Source: a virus (Duplodnaviria > Caudoviricetes). Taken from it: DNA of 37,721 bases. Within the stretch, counting starts at the first letter, position 1. Every line of letters starts with the position of its first letter. The notes beneath the pieces are model-generated. The model was not told the origin of the DNA. It did no database searches and worked only from the letters and a program-made list of their open reading frames with translations. Below are positions 1-8,969 of the stretch, one piece after another. The stretch lies in IMG/VR virus record IMGVR_UViG_3300044614_001486, positions 1 through 37,721 of that record. One strand, written 5' to 3'. Position numbers and translations under genes: made by a program.

Positions 1-1
1 G

Positions 2-1768
2 ATCTACGGCACGCGCGCCACCATCTACCTGCGCGACTACTGCTCGCTGATCCTGCAGACCAATCGAGCCATCATCGAGGGCTTGCAACTGACCCGTGGC
101 AACGGCGACGGGCAGCTTTTCCAAGTGGGTGGCGGCGCACAAATTCGACGCTCAATCCTCGATCAGGGCGCGAGCAACAACCTGCTGGTCAATGACTCCG
201 GCTCGGGCAGCAAGGTTGTGTCGTCGCTGCTTGTTGGCAAGACTGGCGGCACGTTTCTCGCGGATGGCAACGGCTCTCTGATGCTGGAGCGCTGCACCTT
301 GGTAGCCAATGGCGCGGTCAGTGCAGCAAGGTCGAACTTCTCGGGCCTTGGCGCGGCAGGCTGCGCATTCTTCGGCTTCACCACCGACTTGGACGGCACG
401 CCACTCGGTGGCACCACGCACAACGCCACGAGCAACGGCACGGCGCTGGGCACGAGCGGTCAGACGGGCCTGGCCTCTGGCGACTTCGTGAACACCGGGA
501 GTGGCACCGAGGACTATAGACGCGCTTCTGGCAGCACCAAGCTCGGCAACACAGGCACGACCATCAGCGGCGTCACGGTTGACCTGTTCGGCCTGAGCAT
601 CCCGCAGGGAGCGGCGCCGGACATCGGGGCAACTGAGTTCGAGGAGGCCTCTGGCCCTGTCATCACCGGCCCCTCTGGCGCAGCCGGCGCGGCGAGCATC
701 ACCCACGCTGTCAACGAGAACCAGAACAACGCCGGCACCTGGTCGGCCACCGGCGGCACGGCCTGGAGCCTGACCGGCACCGATGCGCCCGCGCTGGCGA
801 TCTCGTCCGGCGGCGTCGTCACGCTCGCGTCGGGCAACTTCGACCGCGAGACAAAGGCCTCGTATAGCTTCAACGTGCTTCGAGACTCTGCTACTCAGGC
901 GGTCACTCTCAACATCAACAACGTCAACGAGGCGCCGTCGTTTGTTGGGCCTGACATCAGCGTTCCTACGCTTGTGGTCAACTCCTCGATGACTCCGATC
1001 AGTGTCGTCAGCCGGTTCTCTGACCCTGACTCCGGAGACTCTGGCACGTACAGCGCCGTCGGTACATGGCCCGCTGGAGTAACGGTCAGCTCGGCAGGCG
1101 TTATCAGTGGAGCGCCGACTACTGTAGGGACCAGCTCCAACCTGCGAGTCAGGAGGACAGACGTCGGATCGCTTACTGCGGACAGCAACCTGTTCGGCAT
1201 CACGGTGTCGTCCTCATCGTCCCCAGTCTCCTTCAGTGGGACTGTTGGCGCTCAGAGCGGGACGGTCGGAAGCGCGTTTGCTTGGAGCGGATCCAGCCTG
1301 TCCAGCTTCTTCTCGGGCAGCCTTGCGCCGTTTGCCTACAGCGTGGTATCCGGCAGCCTTCCGCCTGGCCTTTCCATCAACTCCAGCACCGGAGTTGTCA
1401 GTGGCACCCCGACCGCCTCCGGCAACTACTCCGCCACGTTCCGAGCCACAGACACCGGCTCAAACACGGCGAACAGCAACAGCGTGTCGTTCAGCATCGC
1501 GGCCGCCCCGTCATCCGGCTTCAGTGCGACAGTTGGGCCGTTCTCGCTCAACACCGGCAGCCCAGCGATGGCCGCCGGCGAGGTGCTCTCGTTCACGGCA
1601 ATCGCTGGAAACACCGGATCGGGCACGACAGTGATCAACGGCACGGTGACGCTTGGGGCCGGCGGCTCCGGCTTGATCAACACGTTCCCGTCGTCAGGAA
1701 CTTGGCAGGTTAACTTGCGCAACTCTGGCGGAACCGGCCGCTGGCACAACGTGGTGACGGCGGCCTGA
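2..1768 (+). CDS. 5'-truncated virion surface/adhesin-like protein (beta-helix-like N-part, cadherin-like domain, two putative Ig (He_PIG-like) domains)
   Basis: Frame is open from position 2 (IYGTRATIYL...), so the true start lies upstream of the window. G/S/T-rich. Contains PDIGATEF, a cadherin-like ENQ...FDRETKASYSFNV...NVNEAPSF segment, and Ig-like motifs WPAGVTVSSAGVISGAPT and LPPGLSINSSTGVVSGTPT. Confidence 0.75.
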   Translation: MYGTRATIYLRDYCSLILQTNRAIIEGLQLTRGNGDGQLFQVGGGAQIRRSILDQGASNNLLVNDSGSGSKVVSSLLVGKTGGTFLADGNGSLMLERCTLVANGAVSAARSNFSGLGAAGCAFFGFTTDLDGTPLGGTTHNATSNGTALGTSGQTGLASGDFVNTGSGTEDYRRASGSTKLGNTGTTISGVTVDLFGLSIPQGAAPDIGATEFEEASGPVITGPSGAAGAASITHAVNENQNNAGTWSATGGTAWSLTGTDAPALAISSGGVVTLASGNFDRETKASYSFNVLRDSATQAVTLNINNVNEAPSFVGPDISVPTLVVNSSMTPISVVSRFSDPDSGDSGTYSAVGTWPAGVTVSSAGVISGAPTTVGTSSNLRVRRTDVGSLTADSNLFGITVSSSSSPVSFSGTVGAQSGTVGSAFAWSGSSLSSFFSGSLAPFAYSVVSGSLPPGLSINSSTGVVSGTPTASGNYSATFRATDTGSNTANSNSVSFSIAAAPSSGFSATVGPFSLNTGSPAMAAGEVLSFTAIAGNTGSGTTVINGTVTLGAGGSGLINTFPSSGTWQVNLRNSGGTGRWHNVVTAA

Positions 1769-1770
1769 TC

Positions 1771-2178
1771 ATGTGGCGCAACATGAACGAGACCGCTGGA
1801 GGGCGCCCGATCTTTGGGACGCCTTTCGTTGGTCTACTCGGCTCCGAGATCTTGGCCGCCACAGGCTCTGGGCCCAATGGGCCCGGTGCGATGTTCAACG
1901 ACGGCCTGGTTGCTGGGAGCCGCTACAGGATGCTGCTCAGCAGCCCCGCATCCTTCCCCGGCGTCGTCTACGAAGACGGATCACTTGAGGCGACGGCTTC
2001 GGTGTCCACGACTTATAGGCTGTACGAGGACAACATCCTTGTCTCCATGTTCGCGGGGGTCTTCGACATTCCCCTCGATGTGGTCATCGGGACCGCTCCT
2101 CCTGTCGCTGGGGCAGCGGTCCCAGACGTCACGCCGGCGCCGTGGGACGACATCGTGTACGTGCCCAGCAAGGCCTGA
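1771..2178 (+). CDS. hypothetical phage structural protein (135 aa)
   Basis: ATG 2 nt after the upstream stop; codon usage matches the neighbours; tiles the operon. Confidence 0.7.
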   Translation: MWRNMNETAGGRPIFGTPFVGLLGSEILAATGSGPNGPGAMFNDGLVAGSRYRMLLSSPASFPGVVYEDGSLEATASVSTTYRLYEDNILVSMFAGVFDIPLDVVIGTAPPVAGAAVPDVTPAPWDDIVYVPSKA

Positions 2179-2187
2179 GGAAGAAAC

Positions 2188-2475
2188 ATGACTCTCGCGA
2201 CCAAGAGATCCCGCAAGCAAACGCGCGAGGCGCGCGACTACATCTTCGACCTGTCCGAGTGGTTCTCGACGCGGGATGACACGCTCGCCTCGGCTTCGAT
2301 CATCGTGCCGCCCGGCATCTCGGCAACGCTCGAGACGGTTGGCCTGCGCCTCAGGGTCACCGTGTCTGGCGGCACGCCTGACAACGAGTACAACATCGTG
2401 ATCCTCGTCACCACCAGCGCCACGAATCCGGTGATCCGCGAGATCGACCTATACGTCGAGATCCAGGAGCAATGA
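2188..2475 (+). CDS. small beta-rich virion protein (fibre/adaptor-like, 95 aa)
   Basis: GAGGA SD; DYIFDLSEW...VSGGT..Y.I pattern typical of small phage Ig-like proteins; stop overlaps the portal start. Confidence 0.7.
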   Translation: MTLATKRSRKQTREARDYIFDLSEWFSTRDDTLASASIIVPPGISATLETVGLRLRVTVSGGTPDNEYNIVILVTTSATNPVIREIDLYVEIQEQ

Positions 2476-4961
2476 TGGGTCAGCAGAGCGATCAGGAGAT
2501 CTACATCATCGCAGCAGAGGCTGCGTTTGAAGAAGCGCCGCCACCGTCTAACCAAAGCCAGCTTCTCCAGTCTCTTGGTGCGACCCTGCTCGAGGAGTTC
2601 AAGCGCGCCGAGTCTGACCGGCAGCTGACCGAGCAGCGCTGGCTGCGCGACCTGCGTCAGTACCGCGGCCAGTACGACCCCGATGTGGAGGCCAAGATCG
2701 GCAAGGCGCGGTCGCGGGCATTCGTGCGCAAGACGCGCGTCAAGATCAAGACGATCGACGCCCGCGTGGCGGACCTGCTGTTCCCGACCGGCATCACCAA
2801 GAACTGGGCCATCAAGGAGACACCGAAGCCGACCATTTCGCCGGAGGCGGTCGCCAAGATCACGCAGCAGCTTCTGCAGCAGCGCCAGCAGGAGCTGATG
2901 CAGCAGGCCGAGCAGATGGTGCAGCAGGCCGTGGAATCCGGCATGCCGCAGGAGCAGGCGACCTCCCAGGCGCGGGAGCAGGTTGCGGCGCAGATCGAGC
3001 AGCTCTCGAGAACCCCTCCGCCTCGCGAGGTGATCGAAGAGGCGGCCAAGGCCATGGCCAAGGAGTCGGCCAAGCGAATGAGCGACGTGATCGCCGATCA
3101 GCTGGTCGAGGCTCGATACAAGCCGATCGCGCTGAAGACGATCCACAGTGGCCACCTGTACGGCATCGGCATCATGAAGGGGCCTCTTGTCGAGAAGAGG
3201 ATCAAGACTCGCTTTTCGATGGCCGATGGCAAGTGGACACCGCAGTCCAGCGAGTATTACCTGCCGTTCCTGGATCACGTCCCGGTGTGGCGCTTCTACC
3301 CGGACATGAGCGCCACCGAGCTGCGCGCCTGCCGCTTCGTCTACGAGCGCCACACCATGACGCGCCAGGAGATGAGCGACCTGGCCACGCGCAAGAGCTT
3401 CGAGAAGTGGCGCCAGCACATCGTCGACTGGATACAGGCCAACCCCAAGGGTCACGCGCAGCCGCGCTACTGGGACAACGAGCTGCGCACGATCGGAGAT
3501 CGCAACAGCACCCAGGGCGACGCCGGAGGCACCTATGAGGTACTGGAGCGGTGGGGCTGGATGAACGGAGAGGATCTTTCCGCCGCCGGCGTGAACGTGC
3601 CGCAGGACAGGATCCACGAATCGTTCTTCTCGAACATCTGGATGCTGCCCAACGGAACGATCATCAAGGTCGCTCTGCAGGCCCTCGACGGCACGACCTG
3701 GCCGTACCACATCTACTACTTCGACAAGGACGAGTCGACGATCTTCCCAGAGGGCCTGGCGAGCATCATGCGCGACGACCAGGAGATGCTCAACGCATCG
3801 ACCCGGATCATGATCGACAACGCGGCCATCACCAGCGGCCCGCAGCTCGAGGTCAGCCCGCACCTCCTGTCCACGAATCAGAACATCGACGAGATCACTC
3901 CGTGGAAGATCTGGCCGCGTAACAACACCAACCCGGGCGCGCCCGCCATCCGAGAGATCAACCTGTCGTCAAACACCGGCGAGCTTGCGCGCATGGCGCA
4001 GATGTTCGAGAACAACGCCGACGAGACGACCGCAATCCCGCGCTACATGAGTGGCGAGAACGTGACCTCCGGGGCTGCTGGCACGAGCTCAGGCCTGTCG
4101 ATGATGATGGGCGCCGTCAACATCGTGACAAAGGACCTGGTCACCAACTACGACGAGGGCGTCACGATCTCCTTTGTGACCGGCATGTACCACTGGAACA
4201 TGAAGTTCAACAAGGACGACTCCATCAAGGGCGACTACGACATCGAGGCCACCGGCAGCGCCAGCCTGGTTGCCAAGGAGGTTAGGGCGCGCCAGCTCAA
4301 TGAGTTCGCTCAGCTCACAGCCAACCCGCTCGACGACCCGTGGATCAAGCGCGGCCAGCTCAACAAGCTGCGCGCAGAAGCGAACGAGCTGGTCGACTGC
4401 GTCAAGACGCAGGAGGAGTTCGAGGCCGAACGCAACAGTCCGCAGGCCATGATGCAGGCGCAGCTCCAGCAGCAGACGCTGATGCTGCAGATGCAGACCA
4501 TGGCCGCGACACTGGAGAAGACGATGGCCGAGTCGCAGCGCATCATGGCCGAGACCAAGAAGAGTCTGGAGTCGGTGGCGCTGATCCGCGCTCAGACCGT
4601 CGAGACCAAGGTGTCCGCGGCCTACGCCGGACTTCAAGCCGGCGGCGTGGCCACCAGCAACCCGGTCATCGCTCCCGCGGGCGACGAGATCCTTCGGTCG
4701 AGCGGGTGGCAGGACGCCACGCCAGAACCGAGCATGGCGCAGCTCAACACGCCGCCGGTTCAGGAGGAGCCCGGCACGCACCAGGTGCTCGGCAGCGGCC
4801 AGTCCTTCGCCGTCGAGCCGCGCGGCAACACGGACCCCGCGTCTCCGGGCAACGCGGACACCGGCGCGCCGAGCGCAGATCCCCCGGACGCCGCCCCGCA
4901 GCCGGCTACCGGCATGGTCGGCCTGAACGAAGGGATCGAGACTCAAAGGATTGATGGATGA
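2472..4961 (+). CDS. portal protein (podovirus-type)
   Basis: 829 aa. Motifs WLRDLRQYRGQY, FVRKTRVKI, FYPDMSA, MRDDQEMLNASTRIMIDN and TSSGLSMMMGA; Q-rich coiled-coil C-terminus; lies upstream of scaffold and capsid. Confidence 0.88.
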   Translation: MMGQQSDQEIYIIAAEAAFEEAPPPSNQSQLLQSLGATLLEEFKRAESDRQLTEQRWLRDLRQYRGQYDPDVEAKIGKARSRAFVRKTRVKIKTIDARVADLLFPTGITKNWAIKETPKPTISPEAVAKITQQLLQQRQQELMQQAEQMVQQAVESGMPQEQATSQAREQVAAQIEQLSRTPPPREVIEEAAKAMAKESAKRMSDVIADQLVEARYKPIALKTIHSGHLYGIGIMKGPLVEKRIKTRFSMADGKWTPQSSEYYLPFLDHVPVWRFYPDMSATELRACRFVYERHTMTRQEMSDLATRKSFEKWRQHIVDWIQANPKGHAQPRYWDNELRTIGDRNSTQGDAGGTYEVLERWGWMNGEDLSAAGVNVPQDRIHESFFSNIWMLPNGTIIKVALQALDGTTWPYHIYYFDKDESTIFPEGLASIMRDDQEMLNASTRIMIDNAAITSGPQLEVSPHLLSTNQNIDEITPWKIWPRNNTNPGAPAIREINLSSNTGELARMAQMFENNADETTAIPRYMSGENVTSGAAGTSSGLSMMMGAVNIVTKDLVTNYDEGVTISFVTGMYHWNMKFNKDDSIKGDYDIEATGSASLVAKEVRARQLNEFAQLTANPLDDPWIKRGQLNKLRAEANELVDCVKTQEEFEAERNSPQAMMQAQLQQQTLMLQMQTMAATLEKTMAESQRIMAETKKSLESVALIRAQTVETKVSAAYAGLQAGGVATSNPVIAPAGDEILRSSGWQDATPEPSMAQLNTPPVQEEPGTHQVLGSGQSFAVEPRGNTDPASPGNADTGAPSADPPDAAPQPATGMVGLNEGIETQRIDG

Positions 4962-5197
4962 GGCAAATGAGCATTCACGAGCAGATGGTGGCCAAGGTCG
5001 CTGCGGTGCGCGAGTACCGCGAAGGCGACGCGCTTCTCCACGTTCTCGGGTTGCTGGAACTCATCGAGCTCTCCTATAAGGAGCGACTCGCCGATGTTGC
5101 GGCCGAGGACCTTCACAAGGTGCAGGGTGCGCTGAGGCAGGCCAAGAGCCTGAAGGAAGCCATCTTCGGACTTCCGGGGAGCGTTCCTCTACTGTGA
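4958..5197 (+). CDS. small helical protein between portal and scaffold (79 aa)
   Basis: ATGA overlap with the portal stop; LHKVQGALRQ resembles the small post-portal genes of podophages. Confidence 0.7.
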   Translation: MRQMSIHEQMVAKVAAVREYREGDALLHVLGLLELIELSYKERLADVAAEDLHKVQGALRQAKSLKEAIFGLPGSVPLL

Positions 5198-5226
5198 GGG
5201 GGCCGGCATTCGGCGCGAGAGGAAGC

Positions 5227-6183
5227 ATGGATCCCGAAATCGAAGAGATCGACCCCGAGTTCGCCGCCGCCTTCAACGAGGGCGAGGACGCCCCGGGCCT
5301 TGGCGCCGGAGCGGGCGATGCCGCCGGCGCCGCCGACGCCGCGGATGGTGGCGAGCTTGGAGACGGCGAGGTCGCTCAGCCGGCCGGCGAGGAGGCCGCT
5401 GTCGCGCCTGCTGCCGCAGCACCGGCGGCCGGCCCCGAGCTCTCACCCGAGGCGCTCGAGCAGCAAGCCCAGAAGCTGCGCTCCTGGGAGGGGCGACTGA
5501 GGGCTCGAGAGGCCGAGATCAGCGGCAAGGCCGCGAAGCCGGCAGCCGGGCAGGACGCCGAGGAGGCGTCGGAGATGCTCGAGGGCGTCGCCGGAGCTGC
5601 GGCCGTCGGCGGGTCCGAGGATCTGGCCCAGGCCGCCAACGCGGCCGCGGAGGCCGTGGAGTCCGGAGAGATGACTCCGGAGCAGGCGATGGCCCAGTTG
5701 TCCGAGGACTTCGGCAACGAGTTCATCGGCATGATCAAGGTGTTGGCCAAGGCCTTCGCCAAAGAGGAGGTCGAGCCCGTCGCCAAGAAAGCTGACGAGC
5801 TGGACACGAAGTTCAACAGCACGGCGGAGCGGGCCCACTTCACCGCGATCGCCGCGCGTCACCCCGACTTCCGCGACGTCGCGCAGTCGCCCGACTTCAA
5901 GGCCTTCCTGGATGGCCTGCCCGATGACGTTCGCGCCGATGCGCAGAACGTCGCCCAGGGCGGCACGGCCGAGGAGGTGATCGATCTGCTGGACGTCTTC
6001 AAGGAGACGGCCGGCAAGAAGCAGGCCCCCGCCGCGGCCGCCCAGCCCTCGCAAGAGGACACTGGCGCCGCCGTCGACGAGGACCTGCAAAGCATGGAAG
6101 GCGTGCGCTCTGGTGGCGTGCGCCTGCCAGAAAAGCCCGCGGCCCCGAAGGACGACTTCGAGGGTGCGTGGGAGGCGTTCTGA
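5227..6183 (+). CDS. capsid scaffolding protein
   Basis: GAGAGGA SD before ATG 5227. Acidic and Ala-rich with a coiled coil; IAARHPDF...SPDFKAFL and C-terminal DDFEGAWEAF; directly upstream of the capsid gene. Confidence 0.78.
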   Translation: MDPEIEEIDPEFAAAFNEGEDAPGLGAGAGDAAGAADAADGGELGDGEVAQPAGEEAAVAPAAAAPAAGPELSPEALEQQAQKLRSWEGRLRAREAEISGKAAKPAAGQDAEEASEMLEGVAGAAAVGGSEDLAQAANAAAEAVESGEMTPEQAMAQLSEDFGNEFIGMIKVLAKAFAKEEVEPVAKKADELDTKFNSTAERAHFTAIAARHPDFRDVAQSPDFKAFLDGLPDDVRADAQNVAQGGTAEEVIDLLDVFKETAGKKQAPAAAAQPSQEDTGAAVDEDLQSMEGVRSGGVRLPEKPAAPKDDFEGAWEAF

Positions 6184-6650
6184 TGGCAACAGTCGCCATC
6201 CGGCTAGAGGACTTGGTGTACGACCAGGATACCGGATTCATCTCCGGCCCGTTCGGTCAACAGAGCACCTGGATCGATCCGGAGGGCAGGGTTCGAGTCA
6301 AGGTTGGTGGCCGCGTCTACTCGGCGCACCGTCTGGCTTGGAGACTGATGTACGGCAAGTGGCCAGAAGGCGAGATTGACCACATCAACGGCAACAAGGC
6401 GGACAACCGGATCTGCAATCTAAGGGACGTCGATCGCTCGACGAACCAACAGAACGCAAAGAAGGCGCAGTCGAACAACAAGTCCGCCGGTCTGCTTGGT
6501 GTTTCTCTCCACAAGTCGCGCAACAAGTTCAGGGCGCAAATCACGTACGACAAGAAGAGGCATCACATCGGCTATTTCGACACCGCTGAGCTTGCTTATG
6601 CGGCGTACCTGAGCGAGAAGCGACGGCGTCACGCCGGCTGCACGATCTGA
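6183..6650 (+). CDS. free-standing HNH homing endonuclease with AP2-like DNA-binding domain
   Basis: TGATG coupling. AHRLAW...EIDHINGNKADNRICNLR (HNH_3), then GVSLHKSRNKFRAQI...IGYFDTAELA (AP2-like). Confidence 0.9.
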   Translation: MATVAIRLEDLVYDQDTGFISGPFGQQSTWIDPEGRVRVKVGGRVYSAHRLAWRLMYGKWPEGEIDHINGNKADNRICNLRDVDRSTNQQNAKKAQSNNKSAGLLGVSLHKSRNKFRAQITYDKKRHHIGYFDTAELAYAAYLSEKRRRHAGCTI

Positions 6651-6918
6651 GAAAGCCTGCGAGGCAAATTCTGCCCTCACAGCCCTGCAACCCGAGCGCA
6701 GGGATACGAATGCCAGGGCCGGCGTTGCGCGGTGCGCCGGATATAGCCCACCGAGCACTTTCTGGAGCATGACGCAAGTCGCATGCGGCTGGACGCGGGA
6801 TACGCCAAGCGCCCCGAGCACGTTCACGAGAGCCTGTTGCTGACCCCGAGTCCGCTCCTTCCAAGGTGTCCGGCGCCCATGCCGGACTGGTGCATGCCAA
6901 CTTTGAAAGGACATCAAC
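6651..6918 (+). promoter_or_regulatory. structured 5' leader of the major capsid gene with SD (AAAGGA 6906-6911)
   Basis: Longest intergenic gap in the window. Hairpins 6683-6703, 6719-6740 and 6868-6887; repeated GGATA and CCGAG motifs. Confidence 0.5.
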
Positions 6919-7902
6919 ATGGCATCGACTCTCTACGGCGACATTTCGCCCCGCACGGCTGCGTACGCCGAAAAAGAGCTGCTCAAGCGCGGCCTCCCGT
7001 TCCTGGTACTCGAGAAGTTCGGTCAGGCCAAGCCTCTGCCGAGCAACAGCACCCGCATCATGCGGTTCCGCCGCTACAACGCGCTGCCGAACAACCCCGT
7101 GACGCTGAGCGAAGGCGTGACGCCGGCCAGCCAGCAGATGAACGTCACCGACGTACAGGCCACCCTGCAGCAGTACGGCGGCCTGACCACGATCAGCGAC
7201 GTCATCCTCGACACGCACGAGGACCAGACGCTGCAAGAGGCAGTCTCGCTGCTGGGCGAGCAGGCTGCGCAGATGATCGAGAAGATGCGCTACGGCGTGC
7301 TGCGCGCTGGCACCAACGTGATCTTCGCCAACGGAGCGAGCCGTGGCGCGGTGAACACCGCCATCTCGATCACCCTGCAGCGCCGGGCCGTCCGCGCCCT
7401 GAAGCGCCAGAACGCGCGCTTCATCACCTCGATCGTGCGCTCGACCCCGAACTGGGGCACCGAGAACGTGGCCCCCGGCTACGTCGCGCTGATCCACCCG
7501 GACTGCGAGGCCGACGTGCGCGGACTGAGCGGCTTCACCCCGTCCGAGCGCTACGGCTCGATGACGCCGTGGGAGAACGAGCTGGGCAAGGTCGAGGACG
7601 TGCGCTACTTGTCGTCCACGATCTTCGAGCCGTTCATCAATGCCGGCGGCGCGGTGGGCACGATGCTGTCGAGCGGCGGCTCGAACGCTGACGTCTACCC
7701 CGTGCTGTTCCTGGGCGCGCATGCGTACGCGACGATCGCGCTGAAGGGCATGTACGCCCTGACGCCGATGGTCGTGAACCCCAAGCCCAGCGACAGCGAC
7801 CCGCTGGCCCAGCGCGGCCACGTCAGCTGGAAGGCCTATCAGACCTGCGTGATCCTGAACGATGCGTTCATGGTTCGCGGCGAAGTGGCTGCCACTGCCT
7901 GA
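6919..7902 (+). CDS. major capsid protein, N4-gp56 family
   Basis: YGDISPRTAAYA, LEKFGQAKPLPSN, LSEGVTP, QQYG, ENELGKVEDVRY, DPLAQRGHVSWK; strong SD; highly biased codons. Confidence 0.93.
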   Translation: MASTLYGDISPRTAAYAEKELLKRGLPFLVLEKFGQAKPLPSNSTRIMRFRRYNALPNNPVTLSEGVTPASQQMNVTDVQATLQQYGGLTTISDVILDTHEDQTLQEAVSLLGEQAAQMIEKMRYGVLRAGTNVIFANGASRGAVNTAISITLQRRAVRALKRQNARFITSIVRSTPNWGTENVAPGYVALIHPDCEADVRGLSGFTPSERYGSMTPWENELGKVEDVRYLSSTIFEPFINAGGAVGTMLSSGGSNADVYPVLFLGAHAYATIALKGMYALTPMVVNPKPSDSDPLAQRGHVSWKAYQTCVILNDAFMVRGEVAATA

Positions 7903-7906
7903 TGAC

Positions 7907-7931
7907 GATGGGGGAGGGCAGCCTCCCCGTC
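7907..7931 (+). terminator. stem-loop after the capsid gene (terminator or mRNA stabiliser)
   Basis: GGGGAGG-gcag-CCTCCCC directly after tandem TGA TGA; no U-tract. Confidence 0.45.
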
Positions 7932-7961
7932 TCGCAACACACCTCTGAAAGGAATCCTCAA

Positions 7962-8507
7962 ATGTCTCGCCTCGACGACATCTTCTCTGGCCCGGTTCGC
8001 CGGGTCCTGGCCGCCACCACGACCAGCGCCCACGTCCTGGCCGCCACCGGCGGCGCGACCGCCACTGTGGCAACCACCGGCGCCATCGTCTCCCAGATCG
8101 ACGGCATCACCCGCAGCCGTGCGGCTTTGTCGGCGCAGTCCATTGCCCCGACGCACGACATCTTCGGCAGCGCCAACAGCGCCGTCTACGCGGTGCCGGT
8201 GGGTCAGACCATCTACACGGTCCTGGGCGTCAACGCGGCCGGCGCGATCGCGGTCGTGCAGGGCACGTTCGCTGGCCAGAACCTGGTCCCGTCGCCCACC
8301 GCCGGTGTCGGCGCCCTGACCCAGGCTGGCACCAGCTTCGTGGGTGACGGCTCGATCCCGAACCTGCCAGACGGCTTCGCGCCGCTGGGTCTTATCAGGA
8401 CGGTGACGACCTCCGCCACGTTCACGCCGGGCACGACCCTGCTGAACGCGGCCGGCATCACGCACACGTTCTTCGACATCGGCCTGATCCCGTCCGTCAA
8501 GCCCTGA
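7962..8507 (+). CDS. putative capsid decoration protein (181 aa)
   Basis: AAAGGA SD before ATG 7962; A/T/G/V-rich beta protein directly after the capsid gene. Confidence 0.7.
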   Translation: MSRLDDIFSGPVRRVLAATTTSAHVLAATGGATATVATTGAIVSQIDGITRSRAALSAQSIAPTHDIFGSANSAVYAVPVGQTIYTVLGVNAAGAIAVVQGTFAGQNLVPSPTAGVGALTQAGTSFVGDGSIPNLPDGFAPLGLIRTVTTSATFTPGTTLLNAAGITHTFFDIGLIPSVKP

Positions 8508-8550
8508 TCGGGCATGACGGCGAAGGCGAGGCGGCTTAGGTCGCCTCGCC
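8494..8550 (+). terminator. two tandem stem-loops after the capsid/decoration genes
   Basis: CCGTCA-a-GCCC/GGGC-a-TGACGG (8494-8520) and GGCGAGGCGGC-ttag-GTCGCCTCGCC (8525-8550); no U-tract. Confidence 0.5.
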
Positions 8551-8589
8551 ACCCTCCACGCAAGTGGATCTTCTGTGAGGAACCCAACA

Positions 8590-8958
8590 ATGTCTGCCAA
8601 CTCCCAAGTCTCGACCCTCGAGGCGCCGCGCGCGCCGGTCCAGCCGCAGGCCGCCGCCAAGGTCGCCGCCAAGGTCAAGTCCAACGGCCACGACGTCGCC
8701 CTGTCCGGCAAGCGGGCCTCGATCACCATCCACCAGTCCGAGGGCATCGGCGGCGAGGACGCGGTGGTCGTGGGCCTGAACGGCTTCATGTACCAGATCC
8801 CGCGCGGCACGCCGCAGGACGTTCCGCTCGAGGTCCTGATGATCCTCGAGAACGCGATCACCAGCATCGTCAGCACCGACAAGGCCGGGGCCGAAGTGCG
8901 TCGCGAGATTCCGCGGCACAACATCTCGGTGCACGGCCGCGACAAGCTTGACGCCTGA
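8590..8958 (+). CDS. conserved phage hypothetical protein (122 aa)
   Basis: GAGGA SD. VVGLNGFMYQIPRG...VPLEVLMILENA resembles post-capsid genes of phages with N4-gp56-type capsids. Confidence 0.75.
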   Translation: MSANSQVSTLEAPRAPVQPQAAAKVAAKVKSNGHDVALSGKRASITIHQSEGIGGEDAVVVGLNGFMYQIPRGTPQDVPLEVLMILENAITSIVSTDKAGAEVRREIPRHNISVHGRDKLDA

Positions 8959-8969
8959 GGGAGTCCTGA

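Noticed and set aside
6783-7691. 302-aa alternative-frame ORF over the capsid gene (also 4340-4954 over the portal)
   Set aside because: R/P/H-rich shadow typical of the -1 frame in high-GC3 genes; host codon usage is undisturbed. It also shows that an open -1 frame alone is weak evidence of coding.
8004-8048. 15-nt direct repeat GTCCTGGCCGCCACC at 8004 and 8034
   Set aside because: Small in-frame duplication (VLAAT twice) within a coding region; no sign of a regulatory or mobile role.
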